A stretch of DNA of 64,000 bases from Naegleria gruberi (lineage: Eukaryota): the NCBI GenBank assembly GCA_000004985.1, contig GG738880.1, one strand, 5' to 3'. A model generated the notes under the pieces. It had not been told where the DNA came from. It saw only the letters and a list, made by a program, of their open reading frames with translations, and ran no database searches. The translations under genes and the position numbers were made by a program. Within the stretch, counting starts at the first letter, position 1, and each line of letters begins with the position of its first letter. Below, piece by piece: positions 43,398 through 53,832 of the stretch.

Positions 43398-44000
43398 ATG
43401 CGAAAGGTAAATTCGGCAAAACGACATCAAACCAGTCAATTAAAAAAAATGAAACGAATCGTAACCTACGAGCATAACAATTCGAAACTTATTCTCTTCT
43501 TCTTATTATTGGCAGCTATCATCATCTACATCTCTAACTTTGTAAATTGTGATTGTTCATGGAAACTTCTTCCAAGATGCAAAACTCCAAGAAAAACCTA
43601 TCGACCAAAAACCAATGGATGTGGTCCTCAACAACAACTTCTTTCAGGACTATTAAATGTTGTCACTTCTTCAGTTTCTAGAGAATTTGTCGAATGTTGC
43701 AACCAACACGATCGTTGCTATGGACAGTGTGGTGTTTCAAAATCGGATTGTGATAAACAATTCAGAGCGTGTATGATCAACAAGTGTTATCTGGATCTTG
43801 CGTGTCGACTGAAAGCTTTTAGTTTATTCAATGCAGTCAGTCGACCAAATCCTTGGAGTTGTAGAGCTTACATTGGAGGTCAGATTGCCGCCTGTGATTG
43901 TTCATCACAACCAACAACAAACAATCAAACACCACAAGAAGAACAACCAATTTCCTTACCAGAACCTTCTGTTAAATTATATCGACTTAAAATCAATTAA
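43398..44000 (+). CDS. Group XII secretory phospholipase A2-like protein
   Basis: After the hydrophobic leader LILFFLLLAAIIIYISNFVNC comes NGCGP...ECCNQHDRCYGQCGVSKSDCDKQFRACMINKC. This matches the PLA2G12 signature CC..HDRCYE.CGKSK.DCD..F..C with the His-Asp catalytic dyad. Confidence 0.65.
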   Translation: MRKVNSAKRHQTSQLKKMKRIVTYEHNNSKLILFFLLLAAIIIYISNFVNCDCSWKLLPRCKTPRKTYRPKTNGCGPQQQLLSGLLNVVTSSVSREFVECCNQHDRCYGQCGVSKSDCDKQFRACMINKCYLDLACRLKAFSLFNAVSRPNPWSCRAYIGGQIAACDCSSQPTTNNQTPQEEQPISLPEPSVKLYRLKIN

Positions 44001-44367
44001 GACAAGTGAGGCGAAACTAAAAGTTGTACATTCTTGGAAAAATTCTTCCGAAATCTCAACGAGGAATTAATCATTAAGGATATCCGCTCCTCAAGATTCA
44101 TCAGGTCCAAATAATATAATAGGATTGGACTCCTCTCGGTGTACACCGGTGTACTTGAGTGGAATGAGGAAATTTTACTGTTGAAAATTCAGATAATATT
44201 TTGGCCGTATTGAATCTTAATTATAACACGGCCAAATTATTTTATATAAATTTGGGGTTCCACAAATAAGAATATATTAACTTCTATTTCAACACAGTGA
44301 AAAGTTTGTAAATACCATTACAAATATTATCAAGCTGCTTAAGATTAAGGTTTTAAGGAAATGAATG

Positions 44368-44487
44368 GCTACGGCCATATCACGATGAATGCACCTCATC
44401 CCGTCCGATTTGAGAAGTTAAGCATCGTCGAGCCACATCAGTACTGAGGTTGGAGACAACTTGGGAACCTGTGGTGCTGTAGTCTTT
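44368..44487 (+). rRNA. 5S ribosomal RNA gene
   Basis: GGCTACGGCCATATCACGATGAATGCACC...GAGAAGTTAAGCATCGTCGAGCC...AGTACTGAGGTTGGAGACAACTTGGGAACCTGTGGTGCTGTAGTC aligns along its whole length with eukaryotic 5S, including GCTACGGCCATA, GAAG.TAAGCA, AGTACT and GTGCTGTAG. A T5 terminator lies at about 44485..44489. Confidence 0.9.
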
Positions 44488-44637
44488 TTACTTTCATTAT
44501 TATAATAGTGCAGATTGTAAACGTAAAGGCGAACTGACTTGGGTTTATTTTTTGACACCTCTACCAGCGCCATGTTTAATAACTGTCATAATACTAAGGA
44601 AAATTTTATGATAAGTAATCGAAAAGAATTGTGAAAT

Positions 44638-44700
44638 CGGGTGTGGTATAGTGGTAGCATTCCAGACTGTCACTCTGGCGACCCGGACCTCCTACTCGAG
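44638..44700 (+). pseudogene. tRNA-Asp(GTC)-like element with a degenerate or absent T-arm (tRNA pseudogene or tRNA-derived fragment), 150 bp downstream of the 5S gene
   Basis: GGGTGTG-GTATAGTGGTAGCAT-TCCAGA-CTGTCAC-TCTGG matches the tRNA-Asp acceptor, D arm and anticodon arm (anticodon GTC). The 3' part (CGACCCGGACCTCCTACTCGAG) lacks the GTTCGAWTC T-loop and cannot pair back to the acceptor. Confidence 0.35.
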
Positions 44701-45043
44701 TAATAATTTTATATTTTCTAGTTCAATATTTATTATTTTTAGTTCAATTTTCATTTTTTGGTAGTTTAGATATTTTACTTGAATATTGTGTTTTTATTTT
44801 TTTTAAAATTTCTTCTATTTCCATTTTTAGAAGCCTCTGTTTGTACCACATTTTTTTTCACAGAGACAGATAGGTTATAGAAATTATCAAATTTCTAAAT
44901 TTCATCACCATCGACAACATAATATCAGATTAGAATCTTTCATTTTCGAAATGGTGTTTTAGATAAAAAGCCTAAATGCTAGTATAATTAAATCTCAATT
45001 TATTAAATATATATTAACCATTTTCAATGTCTACATTTTTAAT

Positions 45044-46375
45044 CTATTGATTTGGAAGTCTGAAATTCATTCTATCGATGTATAACCACAATTTTCTTGA
45101 ATCAATTTCTAATGGACAAGCATATGGAACATTCCAATCATTGGCAGTTTTACTACCCCATGTATGACTTAATAGTTTGACAGTTGAAGTGTAGAGAGCT
45201 GGATTCATTCTCATCTTTTGTTGCATTGGCAAGTAGTAGAACTCAACCATTGATCCAAACCCTCCACCAATGTTTGAGAATTGAACTTGAGAAACTGAGT
45301 TACCATCGAAACTAATTGGACAGCCAGCGAGAGAGGAATATTTGAATAGCTCATTAAGCAATTGATCGCAGTCTTGATCTGGAACACAGTTTTCAACAAC
45401 TACATATCCGAAACGATGGAAGAAATCAATGTGCTTTTGAGTTAGGAAATGATCATTCTCTTTCAATATTTGACTCAAGATGCTTGAGTTTTCTCCATTT
45501 TCTTCCATAATACTTTCGTATGGTTTCTCATTATAAAGACATTCACCTAATGGGGTCAATGGTACTAAATCATTTTCTGGGTGCAAATACATTTGCTCAA
45601 CTCTAAACTTGGTTCCAAAATCATCTGGATGTTCAAAAGTCTTTCTCTTTTCTCTCAATTTCTCAATTGTGTTTCGGTTGACTGGATCTGTACAACTGTA
45701 AGCATGATAAAACACTGAACGAGGTCTATCCATGTGATTGGCGTCTGAATTTCTGTGAGCCGTTCTGTTATCAAAAAAGATGAAATCTCCCTTCTTGATT
45801 GGAACATATTCTAAAGCATCATGCTCCTTTACAATCTTTCTCATATAGCCCAACATTTCGTCTGCATTCTCCAACTTGGTCAATTCAGAGCTTGGTGAAG
45901 GAGCTTTCCATTCTTGAGGAATTCTCTTAACTTTTCTAACCATTTCAAACAATGGCTCATCTTCCTCTTGATTAAATCTAATGTGATAAGAACTAATCCA
46001 TGGAGATTTAACTCTGAAACCTTTTCCATTTCTAACTTTTTGATCCATGGCAGGAAAATATCTTTCTGCAACGGAGGCAAATCCAGGAATTACTTCCAAA
46101 CCTCCTTCTTTCTTGTTTGGATCAGAATCACCATCTGTTAAACAAACCATAGATTGAAAAGGTCTGAATCTGTCCAATTCTTCATAGGTCATGTCAGATT
46201 TTAATTTTTTCCACAAATTGTAAGGCCAAGAATCCAAATGAAGACCAGTTCCTTTTTGAATAAGGAGGGCTTCTTCTTCTTCTGTGGTTTTTACCTTTTG
46301 TGGTTGTTGATTAGTAGTGCTCATAGTAGTGCAAGTTGATTTTGGGAATTTTTTTTGAATTGCCAAGATTTTCAA
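45044..46375 (-). CDS. Phytanoyl-CoA dioxygenase (PhyH)-like 2OG-Fe(II) oxygenase, apparently a duplicated or two-domain arrangement. The start is probably the internal ATG (MSTTNQQ...).
   Basis: 443 aa. It has PhyH-like segments LHLDSWPY...GDFIFFDNRTAHRNSDANHMDRPRSVFYHAY and a second similar half (FHRFGYVVVEN...GGGFGSMVEFYYL). Confidence 0.5.
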   Translation of the reverse strand: MKILAIQKKFPKSTCTTMSTTNQQPQKVKTTEEEEALLIQKGTGLHLDSWPYNLWKKLKSDMTYEELDRFRPFQSMVCLTDGDSDPNKKEGGLEVIPGFASVAERYFPAMDQKVRNGKGFRVKSPWISSYHIRFNQEEDEPLFEMVRKVKRIPQEWKAPSPSSELTKLENADEMLGYMRKIVKEHDALEYVPIKKGDFIFFDNRTAHRNSDANHMDRPRSVFYHAYSCTDPVNRNTIEKLREKRKTFEHPDDFGTKFRVEQMYLHPENDLVPLTPLGECLYNEKPYESIMEENGENSSILSQILKENDHFLTQKHIDFFHRFGYVVVENCVPDQDCDQLLNELFKYSSLAGCPISFDGNSVSQVQFSNIGGGFGSMVEFYYLPMQQKMRMNPALYTSTVKLLSHTWGSKTANDWNVPYACPLEIDSRKLWLYIDRMNFRLPNQ

Positions 46376-46648
46376 TCGCGCTGTACTATTTTTTATTTAA
46401 AATCTATTTTTACTTTACAAAATGGACATTGTAAAAATAGTTCGGAATGGAATATTATAATTTTTAATCAATTAGAGAAGTATTAGCATGACGTCAGTTT
46501 TTCAGAGGTGGGTACTTTTCCTTTGTTCAAATTATATGAAAAAATAAAAACCTCATCTTTGAAATGCTCCAATTTTCGACCACCTTAATATTCTTGGCTG
46601 TGTGGAAAATTTGGTGTTTTATTGTAATGGTTTTAGGAATTCGCTCGG

Positions 46649-48649
46649 CTAGAGGATTTCCAGACCAGTTTCATAGGAAATTATGTGCGATTGGGAGAAA
46701 TTTCTCTTTTCAAGATCAGCTAATGCTATTGAAATGCTTAGTGTTATGTTAGCCTCATCAAAATCTGTAAATGTGTTTGAAAAGAGAACAATCTTATCAT
46801 CTTTGTAAATATCCAAATTAATGTGGTCTCTCTCATCGTTGAAACTGAATTCAAAACAGGGAACCAAAGAGGAGAAAGACCGTTTAGAAGCAGGATTTTG
46901 AAGATAAAATATCTCACAAGGTGCATCCATGTTAACAACAAGCTGTTCCTGTTTGACAATGTGAGGAGAGTAAGGAGTTGGTAGTTTGAAAGTTTTGTCA
47001 CTCAATTTGAAAGGTATCAAAGTTTCAGAATTCAAATCCAATTGATCAAAATAATGGAATATTTGCCTATTTTCTTCACGATTGTAGAAACAATAAAGCA
47101 AGCCACGTTTTGGAAATTTTCTACATGAAATAAAACTTGAATACTGAGAAAAATCTAAAAGAGCAACAAGAAACATATTCTCTCCTATCTTACTGAACAC
47201 TTCAAATTGATCTTTTGGAATCATTACTGTTTTCTCCACTTGCTCTTGATTGAATTTTGTGAATTTTTTGTGCATGTCTCTTGTACCTGCAATACCTAAT
47301 AGGAGGTTTTTTTTAGAATTGCAGAATAGGTCCTTATAAGAAGAATATCCATTATTTCCTCTGAATAGCTTTTGAAAATATTTGGCAAACCTATCTTCTT
47401 CGTGCATATCTTCCAAATCTCTCATAAATTTCAAATGTTTTCCAACAAGTAAAAAGTACAAACTCTTCCAGTCGTTTTGGTCATAAAAATAATTAATAAC
47501 TTGTTGATTGATATGCAAAGGTTTGACATATTTTCCTCTTTCTAATATCTGGTCCAATTCTTGAAGAGTGAAAGTAGAATCACAATATTTGAAAATATTT
47601 TCAGCTATGATTGAGTTGTGGGTCAGATTCTTCCAAATCAAATTATTATTCATTATGAAGTGATTCCACTGCTTACAGACTAATCTCATCTGTAAAAGAA
47701 TTTCCTGTGAATCGAAGTGTTCAAGAATAACACTGTGTACTTCACTAGGAATATTAGAAAAGGCAATTGTATCTATCTTTTGGTTGATGCAAATTGACGG
47801 TAATTCTTGATTATATCCATAGAATAATGTCATGTCAACAAGTGGAATCATATCTATGTGACAAAAAACAGTCATTCTCAATTCCTCATCAGCAGCTATT
47901 GCAGCATGCATGATTCCAGATGAAATACATGGGGAATTAATATCTACAGCCTGATTTCCTGAGAGTTCAAGTATTTCTGCAGCCAAATAATCCAATATTG
48001 AACCAATACCTTTGAAATATAAATTCACATCTTGCTCATCTTCTCTAAGTATTGAAGGAGAGTAATCAAAATATTTCAAAACAAAATCTTGCATCTTTTT
48101 TTCATTAATACCAAAGAGTTTCATATTTTCACCACTTTTCAGGGAGGTCAAATTTTTTTGTGTCTCTTTGGCAGCAAAAATTTTCAATTCATTTGGCAAG
48201 TATTTTTCAGTCAATTGGTCAAAATAGTCATGCAGTGAAAATTTACCACTCAGTTTAACCCTCTTTTCTCCGTCATATGAATCATCAGCCTTTTTAGTGG
48301 CCAATTGTTGATCGTCAAGCAATTTAACATCATGTCCAATAAATAATTGATTATTGAAAAATTGTTTAGAAAATTCAACATGTCTGTCAATACAGAATTT
48401 CCTCAACATTTGCACATATTCCTCCTTTCCCAATTTTACCTTGAAAAGTTTGGGAGTATCAATAATAAATGTCCACATCATGATATTTAGAAAGTATTCT
48501 AATTGTCTTGATGCTTCCTTAGTCAAGCTCGTGTCTCGGAAGTACATTATCTCCAATATTTTGTTTAAATCATAAATATTGTTGTGAGAGCGAGAGGATG
48601 ACCATATTTCATCAGAATCGAGTGGAAAGAAATCTATTACTGATGGCAT
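46649..48649 (-). CDS. F-box protein (hypothetical)
   Basis: 666 aa. The internal F-box motif is FSNIPSEVHSVILEHFDSQEILLQMRLVCKQWNHFIMNNNLIWKNL. I recognised nothing else. Confidence 0.5.
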   Translation of the reverse strand: MPSVIDFFPLDSDEIWSSSRSHNNIYDLNKILEIMYFRDTSLTKEASRQLEYFLNIMMWTFIIDTPKLFKVKLGKEEYVQMLRKFCIDRHVEFSKQFFNNQLFIGHDVKLLDDQQLATKKADDSYDGEKRVKLSGKFSLHDYFDQLTEKYLPNELKIFAAKETQKNLTSLKSGENMKLFGINEKKMQDFVLKYFDYSPSILREDEQDVNLYFKGIGSILDYLAAEILELSGNQAVDINSPCISSGIMHAAIAADEELRMTVFCHIDMIPLVDMTLFYGYNQELPSICINQKIDTIAFSNIPSEVHSVILEHFDSQEILLQMRLVCKQWNHFIMNNNLIWKNLTHNSIIAENIFKYCDSTFTLQELDQILERGKYVKPLHINQQVINYFYDQNDWKSLYFLLVGKHLKFMRDLEDMHEEDRFAKYFQKLFRGNNGYSSYKDLFCNSKKNLLLGIAGTRDMHKKFTKFNQEQVEKTVMIPKDQFEVFSKIGENMFLVALLDFSQYSSFISCRKFPKRGLLYCFYNREENRQIFHYFDQLDLNSETLIPFKLSDKTFKLPTPYSPHIVKQEQLVVNMDAPCEIFYLQNPASKRSFSSLVPCFEFSFNDERDHINLDIYKDDKIVLFSNTFTDFDEANITLSISIALADLEKRNFSQSHIISYETGLEIL

Positions 48650-48993
48650 TTTTTTAGTTTTTAAATATTTTAAATATTTTAATTACAAAATATTGAGTCA
48701 CTCTATCACATAAGTCGACATGCCTTTACAATACAATTGTTTAGTTAGAAATTCCAAAGATGAAGATGATCGGAAATTCAATTAAATCAAGCAAATGATC
48801 GGAATTTATTTGTGCTGAATGCACTAGTAGTTTGTTCGTGCGAGCATAAATAATTGAACGCACGAGCTAGGTTTTCCGAACTATTCTCAAGCAACCAATT
48901 CAGAAAACAATTTAAAATCTCAGTTTATTTAACAGCAAATTTCAAACAAAAACAAACAAAACAAAAGCAACAAAACAAAATCAACAAAACAAA

Positions 48994-49962
48994 ATGACTA
49001 GAATTATTGCTGTTACTGGTGCCACAGGTTATATTGCCGGACATATTATCAAAGAATTGCTCGAACATGGACACAATGTCAGAGCAATTGTGAGAGATTT
49101 AACCAACAAGAAAAAGTATGAATATTTGAAACAATTTGTAAAGAATCAAGATGATAAACAGTTGGAATTTGTTGAAGCTAAAGGAAGTTCCATTGAGGAT
49201 TATGCTCCAGTTTTGATTGGAGCTGATGCAGTCATTCACACTGCTACACCATTTGTAGTTACAGCAGAAGATCCTCAACGTGATATTGTTGATCCAGCTA
49301 TTAATTTGACACGAGCTGTCATTCTTGCTTCAATTAAAAGTAAGGTAAAGAGAGTTGTTGTTACTAGCTCAGGTGGTGCATTCCTCAATAACCCAATTCC
49401 AGATAATTATACCTACACTGCTAAAGATTGGAATGAATCATGCTCCTTGACCAATAATCCATACTTTTATTCCAAGACACTTGCTGAGAAGGAAGCTTGG
49501 AAACTCTATGAAGAACACAAGAGTGAATTTGAGTTGGTTGTTGTAAACCCATTGTATGTTTTTGGTCCATTATTGAATGGTGAGCTGAACACCAGTGTTA
49601 AACATGCCTTGGCCTACTTGATGGGATACACTCAAGAGGTTTATCCAATGAGTACTGGATTTGTTGATGTGAGAGATGTTGCCAAGGCACACGTCATTGC
49701 TGTTGAGAATCAACAAGCAGCTGGACAGAGATTATTCTGTTGTGATTCAGTTCATGCAATGGAAGATCTTCCAAAAGAAATTAAGAGACAATATCCTCAA
49801 TACCCAATTGGAGCATTCGAATTCAATACCAAGGCACAATTATTCTCAATCGATGTTGAACCGTTGAAGAAATTTGGACTAACACAATACATTGGATTTG
49901 AACAAATGGTCAAGGATACAATCGAATCACTCATTCATTTTGGCCTTGTTGAGAAGAAATAA
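48994..49962 (+). CDS. NAD(P)-dependent epimerase/dehydratase-family reductase (cinnamoyl-CoA reductase or DFR/GRE2-like extended SDR)
   Basis: The N-terminus is IAVTGATGYIAGHIIKELLEHGHNVRAIVRD (Rossmann fold). It also has VVTSSGGA and the catalytic YFYSKTLAEK (YxxxK). Confidence 0.8.
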   Translation: MTRIIAVTGATGYIAGHIIKELLEHGHNVRAIVRDLTNKKKYEYLKQFVKNQDDKQLEFVEAKGSSIEDYAPVLIGADAVIHTATPFVVTAEDPQRDIVDPAINLTRAVILASIKSKVKRVVVTSSGGAFLNNPIPDNYTYTAKDWNESCSLTNNPYFYSKTLAEKEAWKLYEEHKSEFELVVVNPLYVFGPLLNGELNTSVKHALAYLMGYTQEVYPMSTGFVDVRDVAKAHVIAVENQQAAGQRLFCCDSVHAMEDLPKEIKRQYPQYPIGAFEFNTKAQLFSIDVEPLKKFGLTQYIGFEQMVKDTIESLIHFGLVEKK

Positions 49963-50117
49963 ATCTATTTCTACAAAAATATCAAACCAATTGATATCGC
50001 CAGAAGATGATAACCAGTAGGTGCAAATTCAAAATCTTCACTTTTCTAAGCGATTTTAAAAAAAATACAACAAATTCTTTTCTTCCGTTGCTACACTAGT
50101 AATTGTTCAATAACAAG

Positions 50118-51410
50118 ATGGATAACAAGGAAAATAATTCATCACTACAAGAAAAGCATCTCTTGGAAAAATCACCAAAAGATATGACTCATGAAGAGTT
50201 GGTTAAAATTGCCACTCTCTATCAAGAGGAAAAGAGAAAATCGGAATCTGGAAACAAGCAAAATAAAAAGAAAAAGAAGAAGAAGGAGCAAGTTATAGAT
50301 TGGAGTACACAGACCTATAGACACATTGCTTTAAAGATTGCCTATCTTGGTTTTAATTATCAAGGATTATCGAAACAGCTTCACACTCCCAACACAATTG
50401 AACATCATCTTTTTGAAGCTTTGAAAACTTTAAAACTTATAGAGCACGAGGATAATTGTGAATTTACTAAATGTGGAAGAACTGATAAGGGTGTCTCTGC
50501 ACTTGGTCAAGTTGTCTCATTCAATTGTAGATATAATCCAAAGAAGAATGACTATGTTAGACTCATCAATAGTTTACTTCCAGACGATATTAGAGTATTA
50601 GCCTGGTGTCCAGTTTCCAAAGATTTTGATGCAAGATTTGGATGCCTCCAAAGAACATACAAATACTATTTCATACGACAAAATTTAAATATTGAAAAGA
50701 TGAAACAAGCTGCTGCTCATTTTGTTGGTGAGCATGATTTTAGAAATTTCTGTAAAATTAATGAAGAGGTAACAAACTTTAGAAGAAGAATTTTGAGTAT
50801 GGAAATTATCAAATCTGATCTATTACATCAGCAACATGGAAATGATGAGTATTTTGAAATTTATGAAATTGTAGTTTGTGGAACATCATTTTTGTGGCAT
50901 CAAGTTAGATGCATGACAGCAATTCTATTCCTTATTGGTGAAGGAAAAGAGGAACCTTCTGTCATTCCAGAATTATTAGATATTGAAAAGTACAAGGCAC
51001 GTCCAGTTTATCATATTGCATCAGAATTTCCACTTGTTTTATATGATTGTGTTTTTGAGGATTTGAAATGGATTCACACCAATGACATGATTTCATCTCA
51101 AGCCGATTTAACAAATCATTTCTATGAAATGTGGAGAAGTAGTTCATTGAAATCGACCATGTACAACATCTTTTATCAAGCTGCAAACAATACTCTAGTG
51201 GATAATAGTAATACATTTGGAAAAGATCTCAATACTAATGTGGATTCGAACACTGAAGATGCAACAAGAAAATATACAACTGTCAAGAAAGCTGTCAAGG
51301 CTATGAAACCAATTCAGAGAGGTCCCAAATATGTCAAGTTATTAGAAAGGCCAAGAGCCTTCTCTTTAGAGGAGTGTGTTGAAAGTTCCAAGAAGAAAAG
51401 AAAACAGTAG
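50118..51410 (+). CDS. tRNA pseudouridine synthase, TruA family (Pus3/Deg1-like)
   Basis: Contains HIALKIAYLGFNYQGLSKQ...KCGRTDKGVSALGQVVSF...YKYYF...FVGEHDFRNFCK...WHQVRCM. The catalytic Asp is in RTDKGV. The ORF-track start at 50103 is a TTG, and the first ATG is at 50118. Confidence 0.85.
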   Translation: MDNKENNSSLQEKHLLEKSPKDMTHEELVKIATLYQEEKRKSESGNKQNKKKKKKKEQVIDWSTQTYRHIALKIAYLGFNYQGLSKQLHTPNTIEHHLFEALKTLKLIEHEDNCEFTKCGRTDKGVSALGQVVSFNCRYNPKKNDYVRLINSLLPDDIRVLAWCPVSKDFDARFGCLQRTYKYYFIRQNLNIEKMKQAAAHFVGEHDFRNFCKINEEVTNFRRRILSMEIIKSDLLHQQHGNDEYFEIYEIVVCGTSFLWHQVRCMTAILFLIGEGKEEPSVIPELLDIEKYKARPVYHIASEFPLVLYDCVFEDLKWIHTNDMISSQADLTNHFYEMWRSSSLKSTMYNIFYQAANNTLVDNSNTFGKDLNTNVDSNTEDATRKYTTVKKAVKAMKPIQRGPKYVKLLERPRAFSLEECVESSKKKRKQ

Positions 51411-52356
51411 AACAATATTGGAAGAAGAACAATATTGGAAGAAGAATGTTTAATAAACAATTAACATTTTTAGTCATGTTGGATGTTGCAAAACACATTG
51501 TAAAGTCTATTCATTCTTCATTTGTTACTCCTTAGATAATACACCGATCTACATTAAAGATGTCTTTCCTTAATTGATGATTTTAAAGATCTATTTTTTT
51601 TCTATTTCGTTTGGTGAAAACCAAAACACATTGAAATAGAAAGGTCACAAAAATTGAAGCAAACAAGGAAATCATTCAAAACGCAGCGAGATATTTGTTG
51701 TAAAAGTGGCCTTAATAAAGCACAAAAACCATTTTCTCCTGCAACCACAGAAAACCCTCAAAATCAATAAATTCATAGACAAAGTTGTAAGGTAAAGGTC
51801 ACCTCAAAGTGGTTTCTGAAATGGGCCTTTGAGAGAGCGAGTGAGCTGAGAGGGTTGCAAATTTTGACGCTCACACTAAGCAGCATGCATTTCCCTTTCA
51901 ACACTGAGCCACACGACGCACTCCAAAACTCCTTCAGGTAATGATTCCAAGACGGTAAAAGTGGAAACTCACACTCAAAAAAAAACCCTCTTCCACACTC
52001 ATAGTCAAAGAAAAGTGTCTTTGAGTGGAATAATTATCATAATCATTAACACATTATTCTGTCGTACTACTCCTTTCGAAACTAGTTTAACGAGGTTTCA
52101 ACATTAATTCAGCCACCTTCTCAATTATTTCTCCTCATCGTGCATACCACCTTCGAGGTTGATATTTTTGTGCCAACCCTCATTTTCCCTTGCCAAACGG
52201 ATCACCACTCCTACCTGTACTGAGTTTGGAGCAGTCATTATAATCTAAATCACACTCTTTAAAAAAATTGTTGCTACATCACAACTTTAGTTTGGAGAAG
52301 ATATTGAACAACAACAGTCCAAGAAGAACATCATCATCGAGTAACAAATATTTGTA

Positions 52357-53517
52357 ATGCCGAAGGAATCAAAGAAGAAGAAGAATAATACTAAAATTGA
52401 AATCACTCACGAGATGATGGTAAGTAAACGAAATTCACATCCGTCGTCAACTTTATCATAATGTAAAGAAACCATACTTTTACTGTCCTCAAACTCTTGC
52501 TGCAAGATTATTGGGAGTCAGCATTAGCACATTGAAGAGAAGATTTTATGATCTCCATATTGGAAGGTAAGTTTTCCATACTGGAATCAGCCCAGTTCAA
52601 TTATTGTTATTACTATTATATTGTAACACGTCATTTATATTTTTCATAATAACCAACATGTTTGTAAAAACTAACACGGTTTCTGAAATATTTCACAATC
52701 CAATACAATTCTGTTACTTGATCGTTAACAATATAGATGGCCATATCAATGCATCTCTTTAAGTGAAAGAAAGAAGAGTATCTACTTTCTTATGAATGAA
52801 ACTGAACCTGAGGATGAAAAGGAAATTGATGAAAAGACAATGCATCACCTCAGACATGCATTCAAAGATGCTAGTAAGCCACTTCTCTCAATGAATGTTA
52901 ATCAAACCACTCAATTCCACTTTTGCTCATTCGTTGCTCAAGAAGAAGAAAATGCCAACTCTGACCATTCCAATTCCTTCCAAGAATCCAATGGAAAGGC
53001 CTTCACTGCACAAGGTCAAGCTCCACATCTTGGTGGTGGCAATGGAAAGAAGATTGTTATGCGTGAGATGGAACTTGGTAAAAAGGAAATGATACAACGT
53101 TCCAAGTCATCTCATTCATTGAGTTCTCTTTCTGGAGATAACCATCCACCCTACCACCCTTACAACTCCCCTGCTTTGACCGCTTTTCCATTGAAAAAGT
53201 CTTGTGCGGTCAGTGATAATGCTTCCAATATGTTGACTAATACCTATACTACTCAACCTCATGGTATTAGTGCATTATCATCTAACATTAAGACTTTTTC
53301 ACCTACCTCACCACACGGTGTTTGGCAGAGTTGCAATACTATGAGTTTGTCAGTTAACTATCCTTCACAATGTTACGTTTCACAACACTCACCATTGAGT
53401 TGTGGAACAACAAACTCTTCCTCTCCAAATTCTCCTCCAGCAATAATGTTTGGAATGGGTCACGAAAATCATGTCATTTTGCCTGAGATTCGTATTCAAG
53501 ACACCATTCAACATTAA
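52357..53517 (+). CDS. RWP-RK domain protein (paralog 1). Exons 52357..52419, 52469..52566 and 52737..53517, with introns of 49 and 170 nt.
   Basis: Exon 2 encodes KPYFYCPQTLAARLLGVSISTLKRRFYDLHIGR, and the AG|gtaagt...caatatag|A splice completes ...GRWPYQ, the RWP-RK signature. A basic K-rich stretch precedes it. The C-terminus is S/H/P-rich low complexity. Confidence 0.7.
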
Positions 53518-53775
53518 GCTGTGTTGGTGACAAATTACATCATTGAATTCAATTGCATTCAATGATGAGCATTTATATATACCTCAAACTCTGTGTATTC
53601 CAGTTGGAGAGGACGAAAACCTAGCTGTAATTTATTGCTATCAATTACAGAATGTTGACAGTTCAACTCCATGAGAACCTTCTCTTTAGCTGTGGAATAC
53701 AATCAGTGTAAACAACAACAAAACAATCCTAATAAATTATTTATTCACTTAAAAAGATCTTTTGAATGGTTTTAT

Positions 53776-53832
53776 AAGATTCGGTTTTTATTGAGCGACT
53801 ACAGCTATTTACTGTAAAGATTTAGGTGGGTA
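53776..53832 (+). repeat. Dispersed ~57-bp repeat, copy A. Copy B is at 55454..55511 in the same orientation.
   Basis: aagattcggtttttattgagcgactacagctatttactgtaaagatttaggtgggta compared with aagatacggtttttattgagcgactacagttatttactgtaaagatttgtggtgggta shows 3 differences. A weaker second similarity (tttgtWtcgaatSctWW...tttcttcagtt) lies at 54465 and 55712. Confidence 0.7.

Noticed and set aside
44101-44367. 5S upstream control element or an upstream tRNA
   Set aside because: There is only a 14-bp palindrome (gtacaccggtgtac at 44140..44153) and no cloverleaf. This is not enough to call a feature.
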